Of a stretch of DNA of 61,924 bases, positions 43,982 to 54,296 are shown in pieces; within the stretch, counting starts at the first letter, position 1; each line of letters starts with the position of its first letter. A model generated the notes under the pieces. That model worked only from the letters and a program-made list of their open reading frames with translations, ran no database searches and was not told the DNA's origin. This DNA is from Burkholderiaceae bacterium (GTDB taxonomy: Bacteria > Pseudomonadota > Gammaproteobacteria > Burkholderiales > Burkholderiaceae_A): the NCBI GenBank assembly GCA_049421125.1, contig JBMSML010000001.1:1-61924 (forward strand), in the 5' to 3' direction. A program made the position numbers and the translations under genes.

Positions 43982-44557
43982 ATGAGTCTCGTACTGTCCA
44001 TGGAAAAAGACCCGTTACGCCGTCGGTTACTCGAGGCGCGCACGCAGATGCCCACCGAAGACCGGCGGGCAGCCGAAAAAAAGATTGCCGACACCTTGTC
44101 CACCCAGGCCATCATGCAGTGTTGGTCGACGGTGGCCGTGTTTTTACCTTGGCGCGGGGAGCCCGATCTTATGGCCACATGGCGCGCCTGGTATGCCCGT
44201 GGCATTGAACTGGCACTGCCCGTGGTGGTGGCCCGCGATCAACCCTTGGTGATGAGCCATTGGCAGCCTGGCGCTGCGCTGATTCATGATGCAATGGGTT
44301 TGGCCGTACCGGCGGCATCGTCGGCGTTATCGTGTGACACGTGGCTCGTGCCCTGTGTGGGCGTGGATCGTTCAGGGGCACGACTCGGAGCCGGCAAAGG
44401 ATTTTATGACCGCACCATCGCGGCCACGCGGCGGCCCTGGCCGCGTCTGGTCGGTGTCTGCTTTCAGTCCGCCATGCACGACACGTTGTTCTCAGAGCCA
44501 CACGATCTCAGGCTCGATGCATGCGTCACTGAGACGGGCTTGCACACCTTCAAATAA
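43982..44557 (+). CDS. 5-formyltetrahydrofolate cyclo-ligase
   Basis: LPVV, VPCVG, RLGAGKGFYDR, EPHD. Confidence 0.9.
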   Translation: MSLVLSMEKDPLRRRLLEARTQMPTEDRRAAEKKIADTLSTQAIMQCWSTVAVFLPWRGEPDLMATWRAWYARGIELALPVVVARDQPLVMSHWQPGAALIHDAMGLAVPAASSALSCDTWLVPCVGVDRSGARLGAGKGFYDRTIAATRRPWPRLVGVCFQSAMHDTLFSEPHDLRLDACVTETGLHTFK

Positions 44558-45407
44558 GGTTCAGGTTTTTCAGAATCCTGGTGGTGGGTTCGGCACGATT
44601 CATGGTGTAGAAGTGCAGTCCGGGCACGCCGGCCGTGATCAACTGGTCGCATAAGTCGGTGACCACCTCCAAGCCGAAGGCCTGAATCGAGGCGGTATCG
44701 TCGCCAAAGCCGGCTAACCGTTGGCGAATCCATCGGGGGATCTCGGCTCCACAGGCATCCGAGAAACGGGCCAATTGCGAGAAGTTGGTGATCGGCATGA
44801 TGCCCGCAACAATTGGTACTGTGACGCCCAAGGCATACGCATCGTCGACAAAGCGAAAGTAGGCATCGGAGTTAAAGAAATACTGTGTGATCGCCTGACT
44901 TGCTCCGGCCACCACTTTGTGGGCGAAGTGCTGGAGATCGTCCCGCGCACTTTTGGCCTGTGGATGAATTTCCGGATAGGCGGCCACCTCAATGTCAAAA
45001 TGATCCCCGTGGTGCTGGCGAATGAAGCGCACCAGATCGCTGGCGTATTGAAACTCACCGCCTCGGCCGTACCCCGAGGGCAAATCGCCGCGCAAGGCCA
45101 CGACTCGGCGAATGCCCATCCCGTGATAAAGCTGAAGCAACTCCTGCATCTGCGCGCTGGTGGCACCAATGCAGGAGATGTGAGGCGCCACATCAGTAAA
45201 CACCGTCAGCATCTGGCGCACGGTGTCCAGGGACCCCTCACGGGTGGACCCCCCGGCCCCATAGGTCACGGAGACATACTCCGGACGAATGGTCGCCAGC
45301 GCCTGTGCGGTAAGAAGGAGCTTGTCGGCTGACTCCGCCGTTTTAGGCGGAAAGAATTCCAGGCTCAGGCGAGTGCCCGAGCCCTGTGCGTGGGATCCCG
45401 CAGCCAT
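44550..45407 (-). CDS. metF: Methylenetetrahydrofolate reductase
   Basis: EFFPPK, SVTYGAGGST, ALRGD, AYPE, ITQYFF, HFYTMN. Confidence 0.96.
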   Translation of the reverse strand: MAAGSHAQGSGTRLSLEFFPPKTAESADKLLLTAQALATIRPEYVSVTYGAGGSTREGSLDTVRQMLTVFTDVAPHISCIGATSAQMQELLQLYHGMGIRRVVALRGDLPSGYGRGGEFQYASDLVRFIRQHHGDHFDIEVAAYPEIHPQAKSARDDLQHFAHKVVAGASQAITQYFFNSDAYFRFVDDAYALGVTVPIVAGIMPITNFSQLARFSDACGAEIPRWIRQRLAGFGDDTASIQAFGLEVVTDLCDQLITAGVPGLHFYTMNRAEPTTRILKNLNLI

Positions 45408-46838
45408 TTAGTAACGGTAGGTGTCCGGTTTGTAAGGGCCGTCGACTGGCACACCGATGTAGTGGGCCTGTTCGTCGGACAACGCCGTGAGCTGTGCACC
45501 GAGTTTCTTTAACTGCAGACGGGCCACCTTCTCATCCAGATGCTTCGGCAGCACGTAGACCTTGCCGTTTTCGTAGTAATCCTTGTGCGTGAACATTTCA
45601 ATCTGGGCGATCACCTGATTGGCAAACGACGAGCTCATCACGTAGCTGGGGTGACCGGTGCCGCAGCCCAGATTCACCAGTCGACCCTTTGCCAGCAGGA
45701 TGATGCGCTTGCCACCGGCAAAGATCACGTGATCCACCTGCGGCTTGATCTCTTCCCATGTGCATTTGGATAGCGATGTCACGTCAATCTCGTTGTCAAA
45801 GTGGCCGATGTTGCAGACAATCGACTGGTCTTTCATCTTGGACATGTGATCATAGGTGATCACATTTTTGTTGCCCGTGGCGGTGACAAAAATATCGGCT
45901 TTATCGGCGGCATAGTCCATGGTCACGACACGATAGCCTTCCATGGCGGCCTGTAACGCGCAGATCGGGTCACACTCCGTGATCCAGACCTGAGCCGAGA
46001 GGGCGCGCAAGGCCTGGGCGGAACCCTTGCCCACATCCCCATAGCCGCAGACCACCGCCACCTTACCGGCCACCATCACATCGGTCGCCCGTTTAATGGC
46101 ATCCACTAAGGATTCACGGCAGCCATACAGGTTATCGAACTTGCTCTTGGTGACCGAGTCGTTAACGTTAATCGCACGGAATGCGAGCGTGCCTTTGGCC
46201 GACATTTCTTTCAGGCGATGGACACCCGTGGTCGTTTCTTCGGTCACGCCAATCACCGCCTTGAGATTGCGCTCATAAAAACCGGGATCTTTGGCCAGTT
46301 GTTTTTTGATTGCATTGAACAGGCAGATCTCTTCTTCGCTCTTGGGGTTGGCCAATACGGAGGGATCTTTGGCGGCATCGGTGCCCAGATGCAGTAGCAG
46401 GGTGGCATCCCCACCGTCATCGAGAATCATGTTCGAGGGCTTGCCGTCGGGCCAATTGAAAATCTGATGGGTGTACTCCCAGTACTCGTCCAGGGTTTCG
46501 CCCTTGTAGGCATAGACGGACACGCCGCTGGCGGCAATGGCGGCGGCGGCGTGATCCTGGGTGGAGAAGATGTTGCACGAGGCCCAGCGGACGTCCGCGC
46601 CGAGATCCACCAAGGTCTCGATCAGCACGGCAGTCTGAATCGTCATGTGTAGCGATCCGGTAATGCGGGCGCCTTTCAGCGGTTTTTTCGCGGCGTATTC
46701 CTCGCGAATGGCCATAAGACCCGGCATCTCAGTCTCTGCAATGCGGATTTCTTTGCGGCCCCATTCGGCCAGTGACATGTCGGCCACTTTAAAGTCGGGC
46801 TGACCATTTGCGGTAACGGGTTTTAATACAGCGCTCAT
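45408..46838 (-). CDS. ahcY: S-adenosylhomocysteine hydrolase
   Basis: [43 protein letters not shown]-terminus. Confidence 0.98.
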   Translation of the reverse strand: MSAVLKPVTANGQPDFKVADMSLAEWGRKEIRIAETEMPGLMAIREEYAAKKPLKGARITGSLHMTIQTAVLIETLVDLGADVRWASCNIFSTQDHAAAAIAASGVSVYAYKGETLDEYWEYTHQIFNWPDGKPSNMILDDGGDATLLLHLGTDAAKDPSVLANPKSEEEICLFNAIKKQLAKDPGFYERNLKAVIGVTEETTTGVHRLKEMSAKGTLAFRAINVNDSVTKSKFDNLYGCRESLVDAIKRATDVMVAGKVAVVCGYGDVGKGSAQALRALSAQVWITECDPICALQAAMEGYRVVTMDYAADKADIFVTATGNKNVITYDHMSKMKDQSIVCNIGHFDNEIDVTSLSKCTWEEIKPQVDHVIFAGGKRIILLAKGRLVNLGCGTGHPSYVMSSSFANQVIAQIEMFTHKDYYENGKVYVLPKHLDEKVARLQLKKLGAQLTALSDEQAHYIGVPVDGPYKPDTYRY

Positions 46839-46872
46839 CTCGCGCTCCTTTCATGAAAAACGTTGAAGGTGT

Positions 46873-46940
46873 CGCGAGCGCCGTTCGATCGGTAGTGTGC
46901 TCAAGCCTGGGACATGTGTCTCGCAGCGCTCCTTGAGCCG
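46873..46940 (-). promoter_or_regulatory. SAH riboswitch
   Basis: GCTCAAG-GAGCGCTGCGA-(GACACATGTC)-CCAGG-CTTGAGC...AACGGCGCTCGC matches the SAH aptamer core and pseudoknot; directly upstream of ahcY; -10 TAAAAT at 46948-46953. Confidence 0.92.
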
Positions 46941-46962
46941 AGCGCGGATTTTATCTGAATTT

Positions 46963-46995
46963 GACGGACTGGCCTACCCCGTTCGCCAGTCCGTC
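46963..46995. terminator. 11-bp inverted repeat after metK (terminator or stability hairpin)
   Basis: GACGGACTGGC-N11-GCCAGTCCGTC; no U tract on the minus strand. Confidence 0.45.
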
Positions 46996-47013
46996 TTGCG
47001 CAGTGGCGCGGGG

Positions 47014-48180
47014 TTACAGGCCGCAGGCCGCCTTCAGCGCGGCCGCTTTATCGGTGCGCTCCCACGAGAATTCCGGCAGCTCGCGGCCAAAATGGCCATA
47101 GGACGCCGTCTTTTCATAAATGGGACGCAACAGATCGAGCATTTGCACAATGCCCTTTGGCCGAAGGTCAAACACCTGCTGCACGGCTTGTGCAATTTTT
47201 TCATCGGACACGACACCGGTGCCTTCGGTTGTGACCATCACCGAGGTAGGTTTGGCCACACCGATGGCGTAACTCACCTGAATCAGCGCTTTTTTGGCAA
47301 GCCCGGCCGCCACAATGTTTTTGGCCACGTATCGGCCGGCATAGGCCGCGGAGCGGTCCACCTTGGAGGGGTCTTTGCCGGAGAATGCGCCACCGCCGTG
47401 AGGTGCCGCACCACCATAGGTGTCCACAATGATCTTGCGGCCGGTCAGACCACAGTCCCCTTGCGGGCCGCCCACCACGAAACGTCCCGTGGGATTCACC
47501 AGATAGTGGATATTGCCCTTGATCAAGTCCTTCGGCAGCACGGGCTTGATGATCTCTTCGATCACGGCTTCCCGCAGTTTGTCGAGTGCCATATCGGGCG
47601 CATGCTGCGTGGACAGCACTACGGTATCGATGCTGTGCGGCCTGCCATCCACATATTTGAGAGTGACCTGACTCTTGGCGTCGGGGCGCAGCCAAGGCAG
47701 ACGTCCGTCTTTGCGCAGCATCGACTGACGCTCCACCAAACGGTGTGCGTAATAAATCGGTGCAGGCATCAGTTCTGGGGTTTCCTCGCAGGCGTAACCG
47801 AACATCAGGCCTTGATCGCCGGCACCCTGATCCAGATTGTTGTCAAAGGCTTTGTCCACACCCTGCGCAATGTCGGGACTCTGCTTGTCATAAGCAACCA
47901 GAACCGCGCAGCCTTTGTAATCGATACCGAATTCGGTGTTGTCGTAACCGATACGCTTCAGCGTGTTTCGCGCCACCTGGATGTAGTCGACATTGGCCGC
48001 GGTGGTGATCTCACCGGCCAGCACCACCAAGCCGGTATTGCAGAGGGTTTCGGCGGCCACACGTGAGCGTGGGTCCTGCGTGAAAATAGCGTCCAGAATC
48101 GCGTCGGATATCTGATCGGCAACTTTATCGGGATGGCCTTCCGAAACGGATTCGGAAGTAAAGAAAAACTCCTTCGACAC
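47014..48180 (-). CDS. metK: S-adenosylmethionine synthetase
   Basis: [25 protein letters not shown]; GTG start with SD AGGAGG. Confidence 0.98.
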   Translation of the reverse strand: MSKEFFFTSESVSEGHPDKVADQISDAILDAIFTQDPRSRVAAETLCNTGLVVLAGEITTAANVDYIQVARNTLKRIGYDNTEFGIDYKGCAVLVAYDKQSPDIAQGVDKAFDNNLDQGAGDQGLMFGYACEETPELMPAPIYYAHRLVERQSMLRKDGRLPWLRPDAKSQVTLKYVDGRPHSIDTVVLSTQHAPDMALDKLREAVIEEIIKPVLPKDLIKGNIHYLVNPTGRFVVGGPQGDCGLTGRKIIVDTYGGAAPHGGGAFSGKDPSKVDRSAAYAGRYVAKNIVAAGLAKKALIQVSYAIGVAKPTSVMVTTEGTGVVSDEKIAQAVQQVFDLRPKGIVQMLDLLRPIYEKTASYGHFGRELPEFSWERTDKAAALKAACGL

Positions 48181-48259
48181 TGCAACCTCCTGGTAAGTGA
48201 CTCAACGCTGCGGTGGGCTAGAGCGCATCGCGTCTTCTACCGTGGGGTCCAAGAGGGCT

Positions 48260-48360
48260 AACGCTTTAGCGGTATTTGTGAAAGCCCCAGAAATGGCCGC
48301 GCTGCGCGTACACTTCGGACTGCTTTCATCGCCCCGCAAGTTGTGAATTAAATCGGCGAT
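48260..48360 (-). promoter_or_regulatory. SAM-II-type (long-loop) riboswitch
   Basis: ATCGCC-GATTTAA..ACAACTTGCGG-GGCGAT...AAATACCGCTAAAGCGT: P1 stem, GAUUU loop and pseudoknot GCGG/CCGC with GCUAAAG; upstream of metK; -10 TATAGT just upstream. Confidence 0.82.
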
Positions 48361-48378
48361 GGACCGACTATAAAACAG

Positions 48379-49278
48379 ATGATGCTGCTCTTCAAACTCT
48401 TTGCCCGTCTGCCATTGTGGGGGGCCCGGGGAATCGGCCTGGCTCTGGGCTGGCTGACTTGGGCACTCTCGCCCACCTATCGGCGAATGATGCGCACCAA
48501 TTTCATGCGGGCCTGTGCCAGCGGACGGTTGGGCCCGGCTCTGGCTCTCCAGGGGGCGGCCGCCCGAACGGCGTGGTGTCAGGCGATCGGCCACGCCGGA
48601 CTCATGGCCACGGAGCTGCCAAAAATCTGGTGCGATCAACGGGCCCTCTCCCGGATGTCGATATCGGGGCTAGACGATGTTCAGGCCATCGTGAGGGCGG
48701 GCCGCGGCGTGATCATCCTGACGCCACATTTGGGGGCGTTCGAACTGTCGGCGCGCGCGTTTTCTCAGCATTTGCCCATTACGGTCTTGTATCGACCGGC
48801 TCGGCATGCAGGCTTTCGGCAGTTAATGGAGAACTTGCGCCCGCTGCCCACCATGGCCACGGCGCCGGCATCGGCCACCGGCGTGCGGCAGCTTTTGCGG
48901 GCCTTAAAGCAGGGTCAGGCCATTGGCATGTTGCCCGATCAGGTGCCCCATCAAGGCGAAGGCGTATGGGCCGAGGTCTTCGGTGCCCCGGCGTACACGA
49001 TGACACTGCCCATTCGGTTAGCCCAGGCCACGGGTGCGGCGATCGTGTGGGCATTGGCCATTCGAACCCAGCAGGGCTGGCACCTGGATCTCCAGCCTTG
49101 GGATACACCCGTCGATCTTGCATCGGCGTCATTGGACGATGCGGTGGCGGCGATGAACGTTGCCCTTGAAGTGCAGATTGCCCGCGCACCGGAGCAATAC
49201 CTCTGGGCTTATAACCGTTACAAGGTGCCGAAGAATGTGGCACCACCGATCCATTTAACGGCAGCACACCATGCTTAG
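48379..49278 (+). CDS. Lipid A/lysophospholipid acyltransferase (LpxL family)
   Basis: HLGAFE (Hx4E), LPDQ, PEQYLW..RYK. Confidence 0.88.
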   Translation: MMLLFKLFARLPLWGARGIGLALGWLTWALSPTYRRMMRTNFMRACASGRLGPALALQGAAARTAWCQAIGHAGLMATELPKIWCDQRALSRMSISGLDDVQAIVRAGRGVIILTPHLGAFELSARAFSQHLPITVLYRPARHAGFRQLMENLRPLPTMATAPASATGVRQLLRALKQGQAIGMLPDQVPHQGEGVWAEVFGAPAYTMTLPIRLAQATGAAIVWALAIRTQQGWHLDLQPWDTPVDLASASLDDAVAAMNVALEVQIARAPEQYLWAYNRYKVPKNVAPPIHLTAAHHA

Positions 49279-50155
49279 TGCCTTCACCTGGATTGGCTTA
49301 TGGATCAGTCACGGCCTAGCGAAACTGCCGCGGGCATTACTGCGCCGATTGTCCTCGCTGATCGGAACGTTGACGTATTGGTTTTACCCTTATCGCCGTC
49401 GTATTGCACGTCGCAATCTGGAGCTGTGTTTTCCGGATCGCAGTGCGTCGCAACGCGGGGAGATCGCCTTGCGTCATTTTCGACTCTATGGTCTGGCGTT
49501 CTTCGATCGCTTTCGGTTGTGGTCATGCTCGGCCCACGCGCTGCGCCAATTTGTGCGGCTCACCAACCCGGAGGTCCTGGAGGCGGCCGGTGAGCGCCCC
49601 ATCATCATCTTGGCGCCACACTTTCTTGGCATTGAAGCGGGTGGTATGCGATTGCAACTCGAACGCCGATTGGTAAATATTTATTCCCTGCAGCGCAATC
49701 CGGTGCTGGACGACTGGACCCTTCGCGGCCGTCAACGATTTAATCAGCCCATATTGCTGGCACGCAGTCAGGGCGTGGTGCCCGCGGTGCGATATGTAAA
49801 ACAACATGTGCCGTTTCATTTTTCACCGGACCTGGATCTTGGCCGCCGGGATTCGATCTTTGTTGATTTTTTTGGAGTGCCTGCGTCCACTGTGACCAGC
49901 CTCGTGCGCATCGCCCGCATCACGCGGGCCATGGTGATCCCAATGGTCACGCGCATGACGACCGCGGGATATGAGGCACGGTTTTATCCCGGCTGGACCC
50001 ACCCCGACGATGATGCCCAGGAGACCGTGCATGAGGGCGTGGTGCGCATGAACCGGTTTATCGAAGAACGGATTCTGGAAGCCCCGGAGCAGTACCTGTG
50101 GACCCATCGACGCTTCAAAACCCGGCCAGAAGGGACACCGTCCGTGTATGGATAA
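49271..50155 (+). CDS. Lipid A/lysophospholipid acyltransferase (LpxL family), second paralog
   Basis: RNLELCFP, HFLGIE, PDLD, PEQYLWTHRRFKTRP. Confidence 0.9.
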   Translation: MLSAFTWIGLWISHGLAKLPRALLRRLSSLIGTLTYWFYPYRRRIARRNLELCFPDRSASQRGEIALRHFRLYGLAFFDRFRLWSCSAHALRQFVRLTNPEVLEAAGERPIIILAPHFLGIEAGGMRLQLERRLVNIYSLQRNPVLDDWTLRGRQRFNQPILLARSQGVVPAVRYVKQHVPFHFSPDLDLGRRDSIFVDFFGVPASTVTSLVRIARITRAMVIPMVTRMTTAGYEARFYPGWTHPDDDAQETVHEGVVRMNRFIEERILEAPEQYLWTHRRFKTRPEGTPSVYG

Positions 50156-50164
50156 TTCGGGGCT

Positions 50165-51028
50165 ATGAAAATCGCATTCACTAAAATGCAGGGCGCCGGC
50201 AATGACTTTATCGTGATCGACACCACGCTCGCGCCACTGGATCTGAGCGCCGCTCAATGGCGCTTGCTGGCCGATCGCCGATTCGGCATTGGGGCCGATC
50301 AGATTCTGCTGGTCCAGGCCAGCGATCGTGAGGATGTGGATTTTGTCTACCGAATCTTTAATGCCGATGGCCAAGAGGTCGAGCAGTGCGGCAATGGCGC
50401 ACGGTGTTTTGCCCGGTTTGTCAGCGACAAGGGACTCACCACGAAGACCTCGATTCGTGTGGCTACCCGATCGGGCGTCATTGCGCCGACCGTGCATGCT
50501 GATGGCTCGGTCACCGTGGACATGGGCGCACCCCAACTGACCTGTGATGCCGTGGGGTTTGACTCGAACGGTCTTGCCCATCGCAGAGAGCATAGGGCCG
50601 ACCTCTGGGAGCTGGCCCCACCGCAGTCGGCATCGTGTTGGATTTCAGTGGTGTCCATGGGCAACCCGCACGCCGTGCAGTGGGTGGATCATCTCGAGGA
50701 TCACCCGGTGGCCGAAGTGGGCGCATGGCTGGAGTCTCATCCGCGTTTTCGTCACCGTGTCAACGCTGGTTTTGTCGAGCAGCAGTCTTCCCAGAGCATT
50801 GCCTTGCGGGTATTCGAGCGCGGTTCTGGTGAGACATTGGCCTGCGGCACTGGGGCCTGTGCGGCCGTGGTGGCCGGCATTCAGCGTGGCCGTCTTTCAC
50901 CAGAGGCGCCCGTGGCGGTGCAGACCCGAGGGGGAGTATTAAAAATTCAGTGGTCGGGCAAAGATGGCGCTCATGTCATGATGACCGGACCGGCCGAACC
51001 CGTATTCGATGGAGTGATTGACCTGTGA
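50165..51028 (+). CDS. dapF: Diaminopimelate epimerase
   Basis: KMQGAGNDF, EQCGNG, GNPH, ERGSGETLACGTG. Confidence 0.97.
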   Translation: MKIAFTKMQGAGNDFIVIDTTLAPLDLSAAQWRLLADRRFGIGADQILLVQASDREDVDFVYRIFNADGQEVEQCGNGARCFARFVSDKGLTTKTSIRVATRSGVIAPTVHADGSVTVDMGAPQLTCDAVGFDSNGLAHRREHRADLWELAPPQSASCWISVVSMGNPHAVQWVDHLEDHPVAEVGAWLESHPRFRHRVNAGFVEQQSSQSIALRVFERGSGETLACGTGACAAVVAGIQRGRLSPEAPVAVQTRGGVLKIQWSGKDGAHVMMTGPAEPVFDGVIDL

Positions 51029-51732
51029 GCCCAAAAGAACCCACCTTGAACCTCGATTCAGCGCCCTCGGCAGCCGAGGTTGCCCAGTACTTGAAAAACC
51101 ATCCGGATTTTTTTGATCGTATGCCCGGCGTGCTCGCCGATATCAATGTGCCGCATCCGCAGTCGGGGCAGGCGATATCGCTGATGGAGCGCCAGGCCGC
51201 AGTGCTGCGCGATCGCATCAAGTCCATGGAATTAAAACTTGCCGAACTGCTGCGCCATGGCCAGGAAAACGATGCAATTGCCGCCTCCATTCAGCGTTGG
51301 GTGCGGGGCCTATTCCTGCATACCGAGGGCCGCACCCTGCCCCGCTTTCTGACCGACTCGCTGGGCAAAATTTTCAGCGTGCCGTATGCGGCCATCGTCA
51401 TCTGGTCGCCTCACGAAGCCTGGGCCGATGAGGACTGGGCCAGCGCACCCGCGGCCGATGTCACGGAACACGTGGATCAGCTTCGCCTGCCGCTGTGTGG
51501 ACCGTTGTCAGTGTCGCCGGCAGCCCGTTTTCTGCCCGAGGCAGGCCGCGATTGTCAGTCCATCGCCGTATTGCCCCTGCGGGCCGGTGCCGCGCCCGAG
51601 GCGTTCGGGGTCATCGTGCTCGGGTCTCCCGATGCGCGCCGTTTTGCACCGGATCTCGGCGTGGCATTTCTGGAACGGATCAGCGAGATGGCGAGCGCCG
51701 CTCTTGCACGGGTCACCGCTAAGACGTCGTGA
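51025..51732 (+). CDS. DUF484 (YigA-like) protein
   Basis: YL..HPDFF, SLMERQ..LR, LGSPD..RF; canonical dapF-yigA-xerC position. Confidence 0.88.
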   Translation: MSPKEPTLNLDSAPSAAEVAQYLKNHPDFFDRMPGVLADINVPHPQSGQAISLMERQAAVLRDRIKSMELKLAELLRHGQENDAIAASIQRWVRGLFLHTEGRTLPRFLTDSLGKIFSVPYAAIVIWSPHEAWADEDWASAPAADVTEHVDQLRLPLCGPLSVSPAARFLPEAGRDCQSIAVLPLRAGAAPEAFGVIVLGSPDARRFAPDLGVAFLERISEMASAALARVTAKTS

Positions 51733-52694
51733 TCGACGCACTGATTTCTGAATTTCTCGCCAGCATCGCGCACCAGCGCCGTTACGCGCCTCTGACCGTC
51801 GCGCATTACACGCGTGACCTGAAAAAACTCTCCCAGGCGTTTGCGTCGCAACCGATTGCCCAGATTCGGGCCGCCGATGTCCGGGCCCAGGTGGCCCGCT
51901 GGCGTGCCCAGGGTCTCTCGCCCAAGAGCATCTCCCGCACACTCTCGGCATGGCGTTCTTTTTTTGACTGGGCCGCCCAGCGCGTGACGCTGGTGGCCAA
52001 TCCGGCGAAAAGTGTACGTGCACCAAAGCCGGCAAAGCGACTGCCCAAGGCCTTGTCCACCGACTGGGCGGTGCAGTTTGTGGCGGGTTCCTCGCCGGCG
52101 CCATCCGACGATGAGTCATCTCAGCTTCAGGTGCGGGATCGCGCCATGCGTGAGCTCATGTATTCCTGCGGACTACGACTCTCCGAATTGGTGCAGTTAG
52201 ATGCGCGCCCTGCGGCAACCACGGCGCCATCGGGCCAAGGATGGGTGGATGTGCAGGCGGCCGAAGTCTTTGTCGTTGGCAAGGGCGGCAAGTCCCGTCG
52301 TGTACCCGTGGGTGCGCCGGCCCTGCAGGCGTTATCGATCTGGTCGGACATCCGCACACAGTGGCTGTCCTCCGTGCCCGAACCCACCGACGCCCTCTTC
52401 ATCAACCGTCACGGGCAGCGGTTGTCGGGCCGCACGGTGCAACGACGATTTGCCGCCCAGGCCCAGGCCAGTGGCATGCCCACCCATGTCCATCCTCACA
52501 TGCTGCGCCACTCGTTTGCCAGCCATGTACTGCAGTCCAGCGGCGATCTGCGTGCCGTGCAGGAGATGCTGGGCCACGCTCAGATTGCTACCACACAGGT
52601 CTATACCCATTTGGACTTTCAGCGCCTCGCGCAGGTTTATGATGCGGCCCACCCCCGTGCGCGCAAGAAAGACACGGCGACCGGTTCGTCATGA
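51729..52694 (+). CDS. xerC: Tyrosine recombinase XerC
   Basis: GLRLSEL, GKGGK, HPHMLRHSFASH, LGHA, TTQVYT; dapF operon. Confidence 0.93.
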   Translation: MIDALISEFLASIAHQRRYAPLTVAHYTRDLKKLSQAFASQPIAQIRAADVRAQVARWRAQGLSPKSISRTLSAWRSFFDWAAQRVTLVANPAKSVRAPKPAKRLPKALSTDWAVQFVAGSSPAPSDDESSQLQVRDRAMRELMYSCGLRLSELVQLDARPAATTAPSGQGWVDVQAAEVFVVGKGGKSRRVPVGAPALQALSIWSDIRTQWLSSVPEPTDALFINRHGQRLSGRTVQRRFAAQAQASGMPTHVHPHMLRHSFASHVLQSSGDLRAVQEMLGHAQIATTQVYTHLDFQRLAQVYDAAHPRARKKDTATGSS

Positions 52695-52714
52695 ATTAAA
52701 TTTCTGGAGTTTTT

Positions 52715-53728
52715 ATGTCTGCACCCACAGTGTCGGCGGCGCCGACATTACGCCCCCCCGTGATTCCGGTGACCATTCTCACGGGGTTTCTTGGCGCAGG
52801 AAAAACCACCCTGCTCAAACGCATTCTGAGCGAACCCCATGGCGAGCGCATCGCCGTGATTGAAAATGAGTTTGGCCAAGAGAGCATTGATAACGAGCTT
52901 CTGTTCGAAGACACTCAGGAGCGGATTGTCGAGATGAACAACGGCTGCATTTGTTGCACGGTGCGCGGCGATCTGATTGACATGCTCCATCGGCTCTGGG
53001 AGAAGAAGTCCGCCGGCACGATTGATTTCGAGCGCGTGATCATTGAAACCACGGGCTTGGCCGAGCCCGGCCCAGTGGCCCAGACGTTTTTTGTGGACGA
53101 TGAGATCGCAGAACGTTTTTTGCTCGATGCCGTGGTCACGGTGGTGGATGCGGTGCATGGTCCGGACCAGTTGACGGCGCATGCCGAAGCCCAGGCCCAG
53201 GTGGGATTCGCAGATCGGATCCTGATGTCGAAAACCGATCTGGTGCCCGCGGCCGATGCGACGGCCCTGCGGGCCCGTCTGGCGCGGATGAATCCGCGTG
53301 CGCCGCTGCAAGACGTCCATTTTGGGGTGACCCCAATTAATCAGATTCTGGACATTCGGGGATTCAACCTGAATGCGGTACTCGAGATCGACCCTGCGTT
53401 TCTGGATACCGACGCTGACCATCGTCATATCGATGATGTCAGCTCGTTTGTGTTTAAATCCGAACGTCCGTTCGATTCCGATCGATTCGAAGGTTTCATG
53501 AGCGCCGTCTCGCAGGCCTATGGGCCGCAGTTGCTGCGCTACAAAGGCGTGCTCTACATCAAGGGCAGTCCCCATCAAATGGTGTTTCAGGGCGTGCATA
53601 TGCTGATGGGTGGCGATGTGGGCCGGCCCTGGGCCGCGGGAGAAACCCGTCAGTCCAAGCTCGTGTTTATTGGGCGCAGACTCCCGCGCGATACAATTGT
53701 CAAGGGATTAGAGCAATGTCTTGTTTGA
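52715..53728 (+). CDS. CobW/COG0523 family metallochaperone GTPase
   Basis: GFLGAGKTT, ENEFG, GCICC, ETTGLA, SKTD, C-terminal RYKG..QGV. Confidence 0.93.
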   Translation: MSAPTVSAAPTLRPPVIPVTILTGFLGAGKTTLLKRILSEPHGERIAVIENEFGQESIDNELLFEDTQERIVEMNNGCICCTVRGDLIDMLHRLWEKKSAGTIDFERVIIETTGLAEPGPVAQTFFVDDEIAERFLLDAVVTVVDAVHGPDQLTAHAEAQAQVGFADRILMSKTDLVPAADATALRARLARMNPRAPLQDVHFGVTPINQILDIRGFNLNAVLEIDPAFLDTDADHRHIDDVSSFVFKSERPFDSDRFEGFMSAVSQAYGPQLLRYKGVLYIKGSPHQMVFQGVHMLMGGDVGRPWAAGETRQSKLVFIGRRLPRDTIVKGLEQCLV

Positions 53729-53811
53729 ATTTTCTCAACCATTCGAGTGTGGTTTTGATGGACGATGACAAGGTGTGCGGTAACGTGTAATTTGCAGGAA
53801 AAGGGTGTGTC

Positions 53812-54240
53812 ATGACGACTGTCTCATTCAAATCAATTGCGACGGAAAAGGAACTGTTGGCTCAGTCTGCCGATGACTACATGAGCCCCGCGCAGTTGGA
53901 TTTTTTCAAGCGCAAGCTGCGGGCCTTAGAGGCGGAGCTGCGGGCCAATGCGGGTGAGACCACCGAGCATCTGCGTGAAACGGTACTCGTCCCGGATCCC
54001 GCCGATCGGGCCACGATCGAAGAAGAGCACGCCTTGGAGTTGCGCACCCGTGATCGTGAGCGCAAGTTAATCAAGAAGGTCCAGCAGGCCTTATCCCGCA
54101 TCGAGTCGGGCGAGTACGGCTACTGCGAAGAGACCGGAGACCCGATTGGGTTGGCCCGTTTGTTAGCCCGTCCAACGGCCACCTTGTCCATTGAAGCCCA
54201 GCAGCGTCGGGAGTTGCGTCAGCGTCAGTTCGGCGACTGA
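53812..54240 (+). CDS. dksA: RNA polymerase-binding protein DksA
   Basis: YMS..QL.FF, DPADRA coil tip, RDRERKL, RLLARPTA. Confidence 0.95.
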   Translation: MTTVSFKSIATEKELLAQSADDYMSPAQLDFFKRKLRALEAELRANAGETTEHLRETVLVPDPADRATIEEEHALELRTRDRERKLIKKVQQALSRIESGEYGYCEETGDPIGLARLLARPTATLSIEAQQRRELRQRQFGD

Positions 54241-54296
54241 TCCTCCGACTGTTTGATTGCGCCGGTGACCCACTGGGGCGGTGTTTCATTGGCGGG

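Noticed and set aside
46897-48066. 389-aa ORF antisense to metK, and similar long antisense ORFs over metH, gatA, mrdA, cobW and gshA
   Set aside because: These are shadow frames of GC-biased genes, with no recognisable motifs or translation signals.
51729-52694. Tyrosine recombinase as a possible phage or ICE integrase
   Set aside because: It sits in the canonical dapF-DUF484-xerC operon, with no att repeats or cargo genes.
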